DNA from: Patescibacteria group bacterium
GTDB lineage: Bacteria > Patescibacteriota > Minisyncoccia > UBA6257 > UBA9933
NCBI GenBank assembly: GCA_038063335.1
Contig: JBBTVF010000033.1
Coordinates: forward strand, 1 to 33,091
Direction of reading: 5' to 3'
DNA length: 33,091 nt
Part shown: positions 15,644-23,906 of the stretch, one piece after another
Position numbering within the stretch: the stretch's first letter is position 1
Layout: every line of letters begins with the position of its first letter
The notes under the pieces: generated by a model
Told to the model about the DNA's origin: nothing
What the model saw: the letters and a program-made list of their open reading frames with translations, nothing else
The model's database searches: none
Position numbers and translations under genes: made by a program

Positions 15644-16795
15644 ATGAATCAAAATAAACAATATATTGAAATTAAATCAAAAGAAGAAGAGGAAATAAGA
15701 AAAAATTTGGGAAAAAAAGACGAGCCGGAAGTTAAAAGAATGCTCCGTTTTCTTAATCTTCCTGATTTGTCGCGCGATGAAAACAGCCCATTGCGCGAAA
15801 TTGTCCGGCGCATTCAAAAAATCAAGCGTTTTGCCGGTTTTGACGAAATCAAAACTCCGGAAATTGTACCCGTTGACGTGAGTTTTGATTTGTTTAATTT
15901 TCCTCCCGAACATCCAGCTCGAAGCCGTTCCGACACTTATTATGCCGATGACGGCCATATTTTAAGAACTCACACCACAGTGATGTGGTATTACTATTTA
16001 AATAATGAAATTATTAAGGAAAGGATTAAAAATAAATTGTCTATGGGGGCGCTTTCTTTTGGCAAAGTTTACCGCAAAGACGAAATAGACAGAAACCATA
16101 TGAATATTTTTCACCAGATAGATGGGTGGTATCTTTCTCCGAAATCAAAAGAAATCATCACCATTGATGATTTGAAAGCGGTTTTGACGGAAATCGCCCA
16201 TGCCATTTTCGGCAAAGAAATAAAATTCAGGTTTAATATAGATAAATTTCCCTATACCGACCCGAGTGTGGAAATGGAAATTGAAGTGGAGGGCAGATGG
16301 CTGGAAGTTTTGGGTTCGGGAGTTGTACAGCCGACCGTTCTCAAAAATCTAGGAGTTAATCCCGATGAATACAACGGCTGGGCGTTCGGTTTCGGCCTTG
16401 AAAGGTTGGGGATAATAAGCATGAGTCTTCCGGACATCAGGTTGTTTTGGTCCGATGACCCGAAAGTGAAAAAACAGCTTCGACTGGGAAATAAATATAT
16501 TCCGGTGAGCAAATATCCGTCCATTATTAGAGACATATCTTTTATGGTTGGCAAGGATTTTATTCCCAATAATTATTTTGATTTAATAAGGGATATCGGC
16601 GGAAATCTTGTGGAGGAAGTGAAATTGATTGATAAATATGAAGATGCGGAAAAATTCGGCAAAGATAAAACCAGCTACGCTTATCGCATAGTTTACCAAA
16701 GTAATGACAGGACATTGCGTTCGGAAGAGGTTGACGAAATTCAGAAAGAAATTTACCATCAAACAGCAGAACAATTTAACGCGATAATTAGGTAA
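15644..16795 (+). CDS. pheS: Phenylalanine-tRNA ligase: alpha-type catalytic core fused to a C-terminal FDX-ACB anticodon-binding domain (mitochondrial-type single-chain architecture)
   Basis: Class II motifs FPPEHPARS, ILRTHTT, FGKVYRKDEID..H...FHQIDG and GWAFGFGLERL. C-terminal VSKYPSIIRDISF...YFDLIRDIGGNLVEEVKLIDKY...YRIVYQSNDRTL is an FDX-ACB (B8-like) domain. Confidence 0.85.
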   Translation: MNQNKQYIEIKSKEEEEIRKNLGKKDEPEVKRMLRFLNLPDLSRDENSPLREIVRRIQKIKRFAGFDEIKTPEIVPVDVSFDLFNFPPEHPARSRSDTYYADDGHILRTHTTVMWYYYLNNEIIKERIKNKLSMGALSFGKVYRKDEIDRNHMNIFHQIDGWYLSPKSKEIITIDDLKAVLTEIAHAIFGKEIKFRFNIDKFPYTDPSVEMEIEVEGRWLEVLGSGVVQPTVLKNLGVNPDEYNGWAFGFGLERLGIISMSLPDIRLFWSDDPKVKKQLRLGNKYIPVSKYPSIIRDISFMVGKDFIPNNYFDLIRDIGGNLVEEVKLIDKYEDAEKFGKDKTSYAYRIVYQSNDRTLRSEEVDEIQKEIYHQTAEQFNAIIR

Positions 16796-16798
16796 TTT

Positions 16799-16873
16799 GG
16801 CGCCATCGTCTAGCCTGGTCTAGGACATCAGGTTTTCATCCTGGAAACACGGGTTCGAATCCCGTTGGCGCTA
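16799..16873 (+). tRNA. tRNA-Glu (anticodon UUC)
   Basis: GGCGCCA-TC-GTCT/AGCCTGGTCT/AGGAC-A-TCAGG/TTTTCAT/CCTGG...ACGGG/TTCGAAT/CCCGT-TGGCGCT-A. The D-arm is typical of tRNA-Glu. Confidence 0.85.
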
Positions 16874-16880
16874 CAAAATT

Positions 16881-16911
16881 AAAATCCCGTCTAATCGGGA
16901 TTTTATTTTTT
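16881..16911 (+). terminator. Rho-independent terminator after tRNA-Glu
   Basis: AAAATCCCG (16881-16889) pairs with CGGGATTTT (16896-16904) around a 6-nt loop, followed by a T-rich run. Confidence 0.7.
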
Positions 16912-16935
16912 ATGCCATTATGTTAAAATATCGGT

Positions 16936-17346
16936 ATGATATTTTTTATTTTACTTTTTGCGCTTTCTATTATTGGCGTTAGTGAAACCGCTTATTTAAT
17001 TCGTAAAAGAATGCTTGCTGAAGCGCCGGTTTGTCCGATTGGAGGCGGTTGTGAAATGGTGCTTACTAGTAAATATAACAAGATATTCTTCGTTCCCAAT
17101 GATATGCTGGGATTTTTATCTTATGTTATTATGGCGTTTCTTATCGCGTTTTTTGCGATTGGAATTCAACCCGTGGCTTTGTTTATTTCGGCTTTTAAGA
17201 TTTTAGTGGCCGTTGCCTCGCTTATGTCGGTTTTTCTCACTTATATCCAGTGGCGTATTATCCGCGCATGGTGTTTTTGGTGTCTGATGTCGGCGTTTAC
17301 CATTTGGCTTATGGGAGTTATAATATTAATAAACGGAACAATATAA
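16936..17346 (+). CDS. VKOR (vitamin K epoxide reductase) family membrane protein
   Basis: 136 aa with multiple TM helices. Loop cysteines CPIGGGCEMVLTSKY and the active-site CFWC in the last helices. Confidence 0.7.
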   Translation: MIFFILLFALSIIGVSETAYLIRKRMLAEAPVCPIGGGCEMVLTSKYNKIFFVPNDMLGFLSYVIMAFLIAFFAIGIQPVALFISAFKILVAVASLMSVFLTYIQWRIIRAWCFWCLMSAFTIWLMGVIILINGTI

Positions 17347-17456
17347 TATTAAAAAATTTTCATTTCATAGAATTAATTTACTTTTATAAAAGTCGGCATT
17401 TGGAAATACCATAATCACTTGAATATCGTTTATACGGGGAGTATTGTGGTGGAATA

Positions 17457-18494
17457 ATGAAAATTCTCGCGATTGAAACAAGTTGTGATGAAACAGCCAT
17501 TGCTCTACTTGAAGCAAGCGGCGGTTTGCGTAATCCTAAATTTAAAATTTTTAAAAATTTGGTGGCGTCACAGATAAAGATCCATCGTCCGTTCGGCGGC
17601 GTGGTGCCGAATCTCGCCAAAAGAGAGCATCTTAAAAATCTGCCGATTTTGTTTAAAAAAATCCTAAATTCTAAATCCTATATTCTAAATTCTATAGACT
17701 TAATCGCCGTCACAGTCGGTCCCGGTTTGGAGCCGGCGCTTTGGACAGGAATAAATTTTGCGAAAAATCTCAAATTTCAAATCTCAAATCTAAGATCTAA
17801 GATAATCGGCGTAAGCCATTTAGAAGGCCATTTATATTCTTTTCTTCTAAATTCTAAATCCTATATTCTAAATTCTAAGCAAATATTTCCGGCAATCGCG
17901 TTGATTGTGAGCGGCGGGCATACGATTTTAATCAAAATGGATTCGTTGGTAAAATATAAAAAGATAGGAGAAACAAGAGACGACGCGATTGGCGAGGCGT
18001 TTGATAAAGTCGCAAGATTATTGAGTTTGCCTTATCCGGGCGGCCCGGAAATTGAAAAACTCGCAAAAAGGGGGAATCCAGGCGCGATAAATTTTCCGCG
18101 ACCGATGCTTAATCAAAAAAATTACGATTTCAGCTTTTCCGGATTAAAAACCGCGGTGCTTTATTGTTTAAGAGATAATAAAAATTTAAAAAAAGAAAAC
18201 GTGGCGGCTAGTTTTCAGCAGGCCGCTTTTGACGTTTTAATTTCTAAAACCCTACGCGCGGCTAAGGAATTTAACGCCAAATCAATTATGATTTCCGGCG
18301 GAGTAGCGGTGAATAAAACCCTGCGCAAAGAATTTAAATTGAAAATTGAAAATTTTAAATTAAAAATTGATTTTTTGGCGCCACCAAAAAATTTCTGTGC
18401 TGACAACGCGGCGATGATTGCCGTTGCCGGATATATAAATCATTTACGAAAGAAAAAAAGGCGATTAACGGCTAATGGGAATTTAAACATATAA
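17457..18494 (+). CDS. tsaD: tRNA N6-adenosine threonylcarbamoyltransferase (Kae1/TsaD family)
   Basis: MKILAIETSCDETAIAL, GPGLEPAL, SHLEGH, VSGGHT, DDAIGEAFDK, YPGGPEIE, SFSGLKT, SGGVAVN, FCADNAAMIA. Confidence 0.92.
   Translation: MKILAIETSCDETAIALLEASGGLRNPKFKIFKNLVASQIKIHRPFGGVVPNLAKREHLKNLPILFKKILNSKSYILNSIDLIAVTVGPGLEPALWTGINFAKNLKFQISNLRSKIIGVSHLEGHLYSFLLNSKSYILNSKQIFPAIALIVSGGHTILIKMDSLVKYKKIGETRDDAIGEAFDKVARLLSLPYPGGPEIEKLAKRGNPGAINFPRPMLNQKNYDFSFSGLKTAVLYCLRDNKNLKKENVAASFQQAAFDVLISKTLRAAKEFNAKSIMISGGVAVNKTLRKEFKLKIENFKLKIDFLAPPKNFCADNAAMIAVAGYINHLRKKKRRLTANGNLNI
17665..17695. repeat. 31-bp repeat copy 1 (CTAAATTCTAAATCCTATATTCTAAATTCTA) inside tsaD
   Basis: Identical to 17847-17877. 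Built from ATYCTAW heptamers and translated in frame as LNSKSYILNS. Confidence 0.9.
17767..17801. repeat. Five tandem heptamers (ATCTCAA ATTTCAA ATCTCAA ATCTAAG ATCTAAG) inside tsaD
   Basis: Read directly from the sequence. Translated as NLKFQISNLRSK. Confidence 0.85.
17847..17877. repeat. 31-bp repeat copy 2 inside tsaD
   Basis: Perfect direct repeat of 17665-17695, again read as LNSKSYILNS. Confidence 0.9.
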
Positions 18495-18495
18495 T

Positions 18496-19563
18496 ATGAA
18501 TATTATTAAACAACAGGATTGGAAATTTAATTTCGCTGTTTTATTTTTAGGGGCGATGGGCTTGTTAAGTTTAGCGAGTACAAAACCGGATTTATTTTAT
18601 AAACAGCTTTTATTTTGGCTCATCGGCATCGCGTTTGTCTTTTTAATAGTCGTTTTTGATTGGCGGTCGTTAATCAATTATCGCGGTATTACTTTAGGAT
18701 TTTATTTCATCATAATAGCGCTTTTAATCATAACTTATTTTTTCGCGCCGGTTGTCCGGGGAGTTAAAGGATGGCTTATGGTCGGTTCTTTTCAGTTTCA
18801 GGCGTCGGAATTTGTCAAACTTGCGCTAATTATCGTTTTTGCCAGATTTTTCAAGAAAAAACATATTTCCATAGCAAGAGTTTCAAATTTATTGGTTTCG
18901 TTCGTTTATTTTTTTATTCCGGCTTTACTCGTAGCGATTCAACCGGATTTTGGAACAGTCATTATTTTATTTTTTATTTGGTTTGGATTTCTTTTGGTTT
19001 CCGGTTTGCGACCGAAACATATAATTGTTTCTTTGTTGATTTTTTCCGTTGTTGCGGCTGTGATGTGGTTTAGCGTTTTGGAAAATTATCAAAAAGAAAG
19101 GATTATTGGCGTATTTTCTCCCGGGAGAGACGCGTTGGGTATAAATTATAATGTGATTCAATCAAAAATTGCCATTGGTTCCGCCGGATTTTTTGGCAAA
19201 GGTTTCGGGCAAGGGACGCAAGTTCAATTGGGTTTTTTACCTGAAGCCCAGACGGATTTCATACTCGCGGCATTGATTGAAGAATTCGGGCTAATCAGCG
19301 GCTTTTTGGCGATAACAGCTTTTATTGTTTTAATATTCAGAATAATTAGGATTGGGATTGATTCGGAAATCAATTTTAACCGGTTTATTTGCTTGGGCGC
19401 GGCTATTCTTTTTATTGTTCAGTTTATTTTAAATATAGGCTCCAATTTGGGTTTTATGCCTGTTATCGGAGTCACTTTCCCGTTTTTGAGCTACGGCGGC
19501 TCAAGTTTATTGACAAATTTGATTATTTTGGGCATTATTCAATCCATTGTTGTCCGCAAATAA
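18496..19563 (+). CDS. SEDS-family peptidoglycan glycosyltransferase (FtsW/RodA/SpoVE)
   Basis: 355 aa polytopic membrane protein. FQASEFVKLALII, QPDFGT, LPEAQTDFILA, GVTFPFLSYGGSS. Confidence 0.85.
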   Translation: MNIIKQQDWKFNFAVLFLGAMGLLSLASTKPDLFYKQLLFWLIGIAFVFLIVVFDWRSLINYRGITLGFYFIIIALLIITYFFAPVVRGVKGWLMVGSFQFQASEFVKLALIIVFARFFKKKHISIARVSNLLVSFVYFFIPALLVAIQPDFGTVIILFFIWFGFLLVSGLRPKHIIVSLLIFSVVAAVMWFSVLENYQKERIIGVFSPGRDALGINYNVIQSKIAIGSAGFFGKGFGQGTQVQLGFLPEAQTDFILAALIEEFGLISGFLAITAFIVLIFRIIRIGIDSEINFNRFICLGAAILFIVQFILNIGSNLGFMPVIGVTFPFLSYGGSSLLTNLIILGIIQSIVVRK

Positions 19564-19572
19564 ACCATTATT

Positions 19573-20667
19573 ATGAAAACTTTTTTAATAAGTATTTTTG
19601 TTGTTGGCGTGATTTTTATCGGCATTAGCATTAATTTTTTTATAATTGAATTACAGCCAGCGTTAAAATCGGATAAAAATCCGATTATTATTAATATTGC
19701 CAAAGGAGCCGGTTTTAGCGAAATAACAGATGAACTTTACGCGGCCGGACTTATTAGGTCAAAAATCGTTTTTAAGATTTATACGCTTTTAAATGCCAGC
19801 GCGCATCGATTGCAGAACGGCAGATATAAATTTAATTCTCCAGTTTCCATCCCAGAATTGGTTAATATTTTAAAAATCGGCCCAAGGGACGTTTCAGTGT
19901 TAATTTTTCCGGGAATGACTTTTAAGGAAATTGACGATAAATTGTTGCAGGAAAATATCATTAAGGCGGGTGATTTGATAAATTACGGAAATTTTGAAGA
20001 ATTGAAAAACCATTATGATTTTTTGTCCGAAGCGATTTCATTGGAGGGATTTTTATTGCCGGATACTTATAATTTTCGCCAGGATTCGGATATTGATTCA
20101 GTGATTGGAAAATTTTTGGATAATTTTAAAAATAAGGCAATGGCGATTATAAATGGAGATTTGGCGGAATCAGACGGCTTTAGAAATATTTGGCAAATTG
20201 GGTTTGTTTTAGCCAAGTCGCAATCATTAAATGGGGGGGTTGACAAAAAAAACAGCGGTGTGTTAAGATTTATAACTATTGCGTCTTATTTGGAAAAAGA
20301 AGTTCCCAATAATGATGACCGCAGGATAGTGGCTGGGATTATTGAGAAAAGATTAAAGATAGGAATGCCTATTCAAATTGACGCCACTATTTTATATAAT
20401 AAATGTTTCGGAAGATTTTCTGGATGTCCGTTGCTTGTAAAAAGTGATTTTAAAAAAGATTCGCCGTACAACACTTATACCCGATTAGGATTGACTCCGA
20501 CGCCGATTGCCAATCCGAGTTTAGATGCCATAAAAGCGGCGATTGAAAAAAAAGATTCAGGATACTGGTTTTATCTTTCTGACCCAAAAACTAAGAAAAC
20601 TATTTTTTCGGAAAATTTGGAAAAACATAATATAAATCGTGCTAAATATTTGTTAAACAACGAATAA
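19573..20667 (+). CDS. mltG: Endolytic murein transglycosylase MltG (YceG-like)
   Basis: N-terminal TM helix. ITIASYLEKE...RIVAGIIEKRLKIGMPIQIDATILY...SPYNTYTRLGLTPTPIANPSLDAIKAA are YceG family motifs. Confidence 0.85.
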   Translation: MKTFLISIFVVGVIFIGISINFFIIELQPALKSDKNPIIINIAKGAGFSEITDELYAAGLIRSKIVFKIYTLLNASAHRLQNGRYKFNSPVSIPELVNILKIGPRDVSVLIFPGMTFKEIDDKLLQENIIKAGDLINYGNFEELKNHYDFLSEAISLEGFLLPDTYNFRQDSDIDSVIGKFLDNFKNKAMAIINGDLAESDGFRNIWQIGFVLAKSQSLNGGVDKKNSGVLRFITIASYLEKEVPNNDDRRIVAGIIEKRLKIGMPIQIDATILYNKCFGRFSGCPLLVKSDFKKDSPYNTYTRLGLTPTPIANPSLDAIKAAIEKKDSGYWFYLSDPKTKKTIFSENLEKHNINRAKYLLNNE

Positions 20668-20714
20668 TCTAAACATATTCCTGCGACACCAGAAGGGGGG
20701 GATTTTTATATTTT

Positions 20715-23700
20715 ATGGCTAAGTTGCAAACTAAAATTTTTTCGTCTCATTCGGGCGCTTTAATTAAACAACCGTTTTTGGCGGAAATTCAGCATTCTTC
20801 ATGGGATTGGTTTGTCAAAAAAGGAATCAAGGAACTTTTTAATGAAATTTCTCCGATTAAAGATTCGAGCGGTAAAGAATTGGAACTTTATTTTACGGAT
20901 TATTATTTTGATGAGCCGAAATATGACGAAGAAACTGCTTGGTCCAAGGATTTAACGTTTGAAGCGCCATTAAGAGCTAAAGTTAAATTAGTCAATAATT
21001 ATACTAAAGAAACCAAAGAACAAGAGATTTATGTCGGAGACTTTCCAATAATAACTTCCCGCGGGACATTTATAATCAATGGAGTTGAAAGAGTGGTTGT
21101 TTCTCAGCTTATTCGTTCGCCGGGAGTTTATTTTACCGCCAAAAATTATCGCGGTCGCAAACTTTTCGGCGCCAAAGTCATTCCTGACCGCGGAAGCTGG
21201 CTTGAATTTGAAACCGACCCCGACGGTTTTATCGGAGTAAAAATAGATCGCCATCGTAAAGCCGCGGCTTCAGATTTATTAAAAGTATTCGCTTCAATTA
21301 ATAAACAGAAAAAATTTGAAAATAACGAAGAGGTTGTTAAATTTTTTTCTGATATTGATAGTGGTCAGATTAAATTTATTGAGACTACCGTTAAAAAAAG
21401 CGGCAGTAAGACAATTCAGGATTCTTACGCCGAGGTTTATAAAAGATTAAGACCCGGCGATTTGGCGACTTTTGAAAATGCCAAAAATTTAATAGACGCG
21501 ATGTTTGAAAGAAAGGATAGATATAATTTATCAGAGCCCGGACGCCATAAATTCAATCAGCGGCTTAACATTAAAGAAAAGAAAGAGCCCGTTCTTGACC
21601 TTAATGACGTAATTTTAATCATTAAGGAAATAATTCAGCTGAATAATAATCCCGCGGCTGAGCAGGATGATATTGACCATTTGGGGAATCGCCGCGTTAA
21701 GTCTGTTGGGGAACTTCTTCAAAGCAGATTGCGCATCGGTTTTGCGCGATTGCGCAGAATTGCCACCGATAGAATGTCAACGCTGGATATTAATACTTTA
21801 ACTCCGGTTCAAATAGTAAATACTAGGCCATTAGTGGCAATCGTCAGAGAATTTTTCACCACTTCTCAATTATCACAATTTATGGACCAGATAAATCCTT
21901 TGGCTGAACTTGAACATAAGCGTTTGCTTTCTTCAATGGGACCGGGTGGGCTCACAAGAGAGCGCGCCGGTTTTGAAGTGCGCGACGTTCACATTTCTCA
22001 TTACGGCAGAATTTGTCCGATTCAGACCCCAGAAGGACAAAACATCGGCTTAATAAACCGGCTGTCAAATTTTGCTAAAATCAATAATCTTGGTTTTTTG
22101 GAAACGCCTTACGCTAGGGTTAAAAACGGAAAAATTCAAGATGAAATTGTTTGGTTTGACGCCATTGAAGAAGAAAAATATAAAATAGCGCAAGGGAGCA
22201 CTAAAACGGAGAATAATAAAATAAAAGATGATATTGTGGAAGTGCGCCACAAGGGAAAGCCGACGGTTTGCCAAAAAGAAGAAGTTGATTTTATTGATGT
22301 GGCGCCCAACCAAATGACTAGCATGGCCACCGCCCTAATTCCGTTTTTGGAGCATGATGACGCCAACAGGGCACTTATGGGTTCAAACATGCAACGTCAA
22401 GCGGTTCCTTCCATAAAACCGTCCGTTCCTTTGGTTTCAACCGGCATGGAAGAAAAGGCCGCTGTTGATTCGGGAAGAGCAGTGATCGGCCAGACAGATG
22501 GAGTAGTTGTTGAAGTTGACGCCAATAAAATTGTTGTTGAAGACTCTTCGGGAAAGAAAAAAATTTATAACCTTTATAAATTTAAGAGGTCAAATTATTT
22601 CACTTGTATTTCACAGCGACCATTGGTTGAAAAGGGGCAGAAAGTGAAAAAAGGAGACGTACTGGCGGATGGCGCTTCTATTGATAACGGTTCGTTGGCT
22701 TTGGGTCAAAATCTTCTTGTCTCTTTTATTTCATGGGAAGGAGCTAATTTTGAGGATGCAATAATTCTTTCCGAAAGAGTTGTGAGGGATGATTTATTCA
22801 CTTCCATTCATATAGAAGATTTTTATTGTGATGTTCGTGAAACAAAACTCGGCGCGGAAATGACCAGTTCGGACATCCCCAATGTTTCTGAGGAAAAATT
22901 GAAAAATCTTGACGAAGAGGGAATTATTAGGGTTGGCGCTGAAGTAAAAGCGAATGATATTTTAGTGGGAAAAATTTCTCCCAAGGGAGAAGCGGAAGTA
23001 TCTTCGGAGGAAAAATTATTAAGGGCGATTTTTGGAGAAAAGGCCCGCGATATTAAAGACACTTCATTAGTTATGCCGCACGGAAAATCCGGCCGCGTTG
23101 TCGGAGTAAAAATATTTTCTCGCGACCATGGAGACAAACTTGAACCGGGAATCATCAAGAGAATTCAAGTTGAAGTGGCACAATTGAGAAAGGTGAGAGC
23201 TGGCGATAAATTGGCCGGCCGGCATGGCAATAAAGGCGTTATTTCGCAAATCAGGCCGGTGGAAGATATGCCTTATCTTGAAGACGGCACGCCGGTTGAT
23301 ATTATTTTAAATCCGCTCGGAGTCGCTTCTAGAATGAACTTGGGGCAGATTTTGGAAACGCATTTGGGTTTGGCGGCCGGTAAATTGGGCTATCGAGCAG
23401 TGTCGCCGATTTTTTGCGGCGCCACTGAAGATGAAATTAGGGATGAACTTAAGAAAGCCGGTTTTCCGACTGACGGGAAATTAAAAGTTATTGACGGAAG
23501 AACAGGTGACGCTTTCCCCGCTCCGGTAACAGTTGGCTACATTTATATGTTAAAGCTTAATCATTTAGTTGAAGATAAAATTCATATGAGGTCAATCGGA
23601 CCCTATTCTTTAATTACTCAACAGCCGCTTGGAGGAAAAGCCCAATTTGGAGGGCAGAGATTCGGAGAAATGGAAGTCTGGGCACTGGAAGGATATGGAG

Positions 23701-23879
23701 CGGCTTATACTCTTCAGGAAATTTTAACGATTAAATCAGACGACGTATTGGGTAGAACAGCCACTTTTGAAGCGATAATCAGAAATGAAAAAATTAAAAA
23801 TCCGAATATCCCCTCGGCCTTTAACGTTTTATTAAATGAAATTAAAGCGTTGGGGTTGGATATAGAACTAAAGGAATAA
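20715..23879 (+). CDS. rpoB: DNA-directed RNA polymerase beta subunit (compact, 1054 aa)
   Basis: SQLSQFMDQINPLAELEHKRLLS, GPGGLTRERAGFEVRDVH.SHYGRICPIQTPEG.NIGL, NMQRQAVP, AGRHGNKGV, MRSIGPYSLITQQPLGGKAQFGGQRFGEMEVWALE. Confidence 0.97.
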   Translation: MAKLQTKIFSSHSGALIKQPFLAEIQHSSWDWFVKKGIKELFNEISPIKDSSGKELELYFTDYYFDEPKYDEETAWSKDLTFEAPLRAKVKLVNNYTKETKEQEIYVGDFPIITSRGTFIINGVERVVVSQLIRSPGVYFTAKNYRGRKLFGAKVIPDRGSWLEFETDPDGFIGVKIDRHRKAAASDLLKVFASINKQKKFENNEEVVKFFSDIDSGQIKFIETTVKKSGSKTIQDSYAEVYKRLRPGDLATFENAKNLIDAMFERKDRYNLSEPGRHKFNQRLNIKEKKEPVLDLNDVILIIKEIIQLNNNPAAEQDDIDHLGNRRVKSVGELLQSRLRIGFARLRRIATDRMSTLDINTLTPVQIVNTRPLVAIVREFFTTSQLSQFMDQINPLAELEHKRLLSSMGPGGLTRERAGFEVRDVHISHYGRICPIQTPEGQNIGLINRLSNFAKINNLGFLETPYARVKNGKIQDEIVWFDAIEEEKYKIAQGSTKTENNKIKDDIVEVRHKGKPTVCQKEEVDFIDVAPNQMTSMATALIPFLEHDDANRALMGSNMQRQAVPSIKPSVPLVSTGMEEKAAVDSGRAVIGQTDGVVVEVDANKIVVEDSSGKKKIYNLYKFKRSNYFTCISQRPLVEKGQKVKKGDVLADGASIDNGSLALGQNLLVSFISWEGANFEDAIILSERVVRDDLFTSIHIEDFYCDVRETKLGAEMTSSDIPNVSEEKLKNLDEEGIIRVGAEVKANDILVGKISPKGEAEVSSEEKLLRAIFGEKARDIKDTSLVMPHGKSGRVVGVKIFSRDHGDKLEPGIIKRIQVEVAQLRKVRAGDKLAGRHGNKGVISQIRPVEDMPYLEDGTPVDIILNPLGVASRMNLGQILETHLGLAAGKLGYRAVSPIFCGATEDEIRDELKKAGFPTDGKLKVIDGRTGDAFPAPVTVGYIYMLKLNHLVEDKIHMRSIGPYSLITQQPLGGKAQFGGQRFGEMEVWALEGYGAAYTLQEILTIKSDDVLGRTATFEAIIRNEKIKNPNIPSAFNVLLNEIKALGLDIELKE

Positions 23880-23906
23880 ATAAAAGTTTCAAAGTTTAAA
23901 TAAATT

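Noticed and set aside
17665-17877. Possibility that the 31-bp direct repeats and heptamer runs are a small CRISPR array.
   Set aside because: There are only two copies of the 31-mer. They sit inside an intact tsaD reading frame and are separated by conserved TsaD coding sequence. There are no cas genes and no regular repeat-spacer periodicity.
20240-20276. Promoter-like TTGACA-18-TAAGAT (followed by TATAAC) inside mltG, about 470 nt upstream of rpoB.
   Set aside because: It falls within a continuous, conserved MltG reading frame (just before ITIASYLEKE). Such hexamers are expected by chance in AT-rich sequence. There is no supporting evidence for an internal rpoB promoter.
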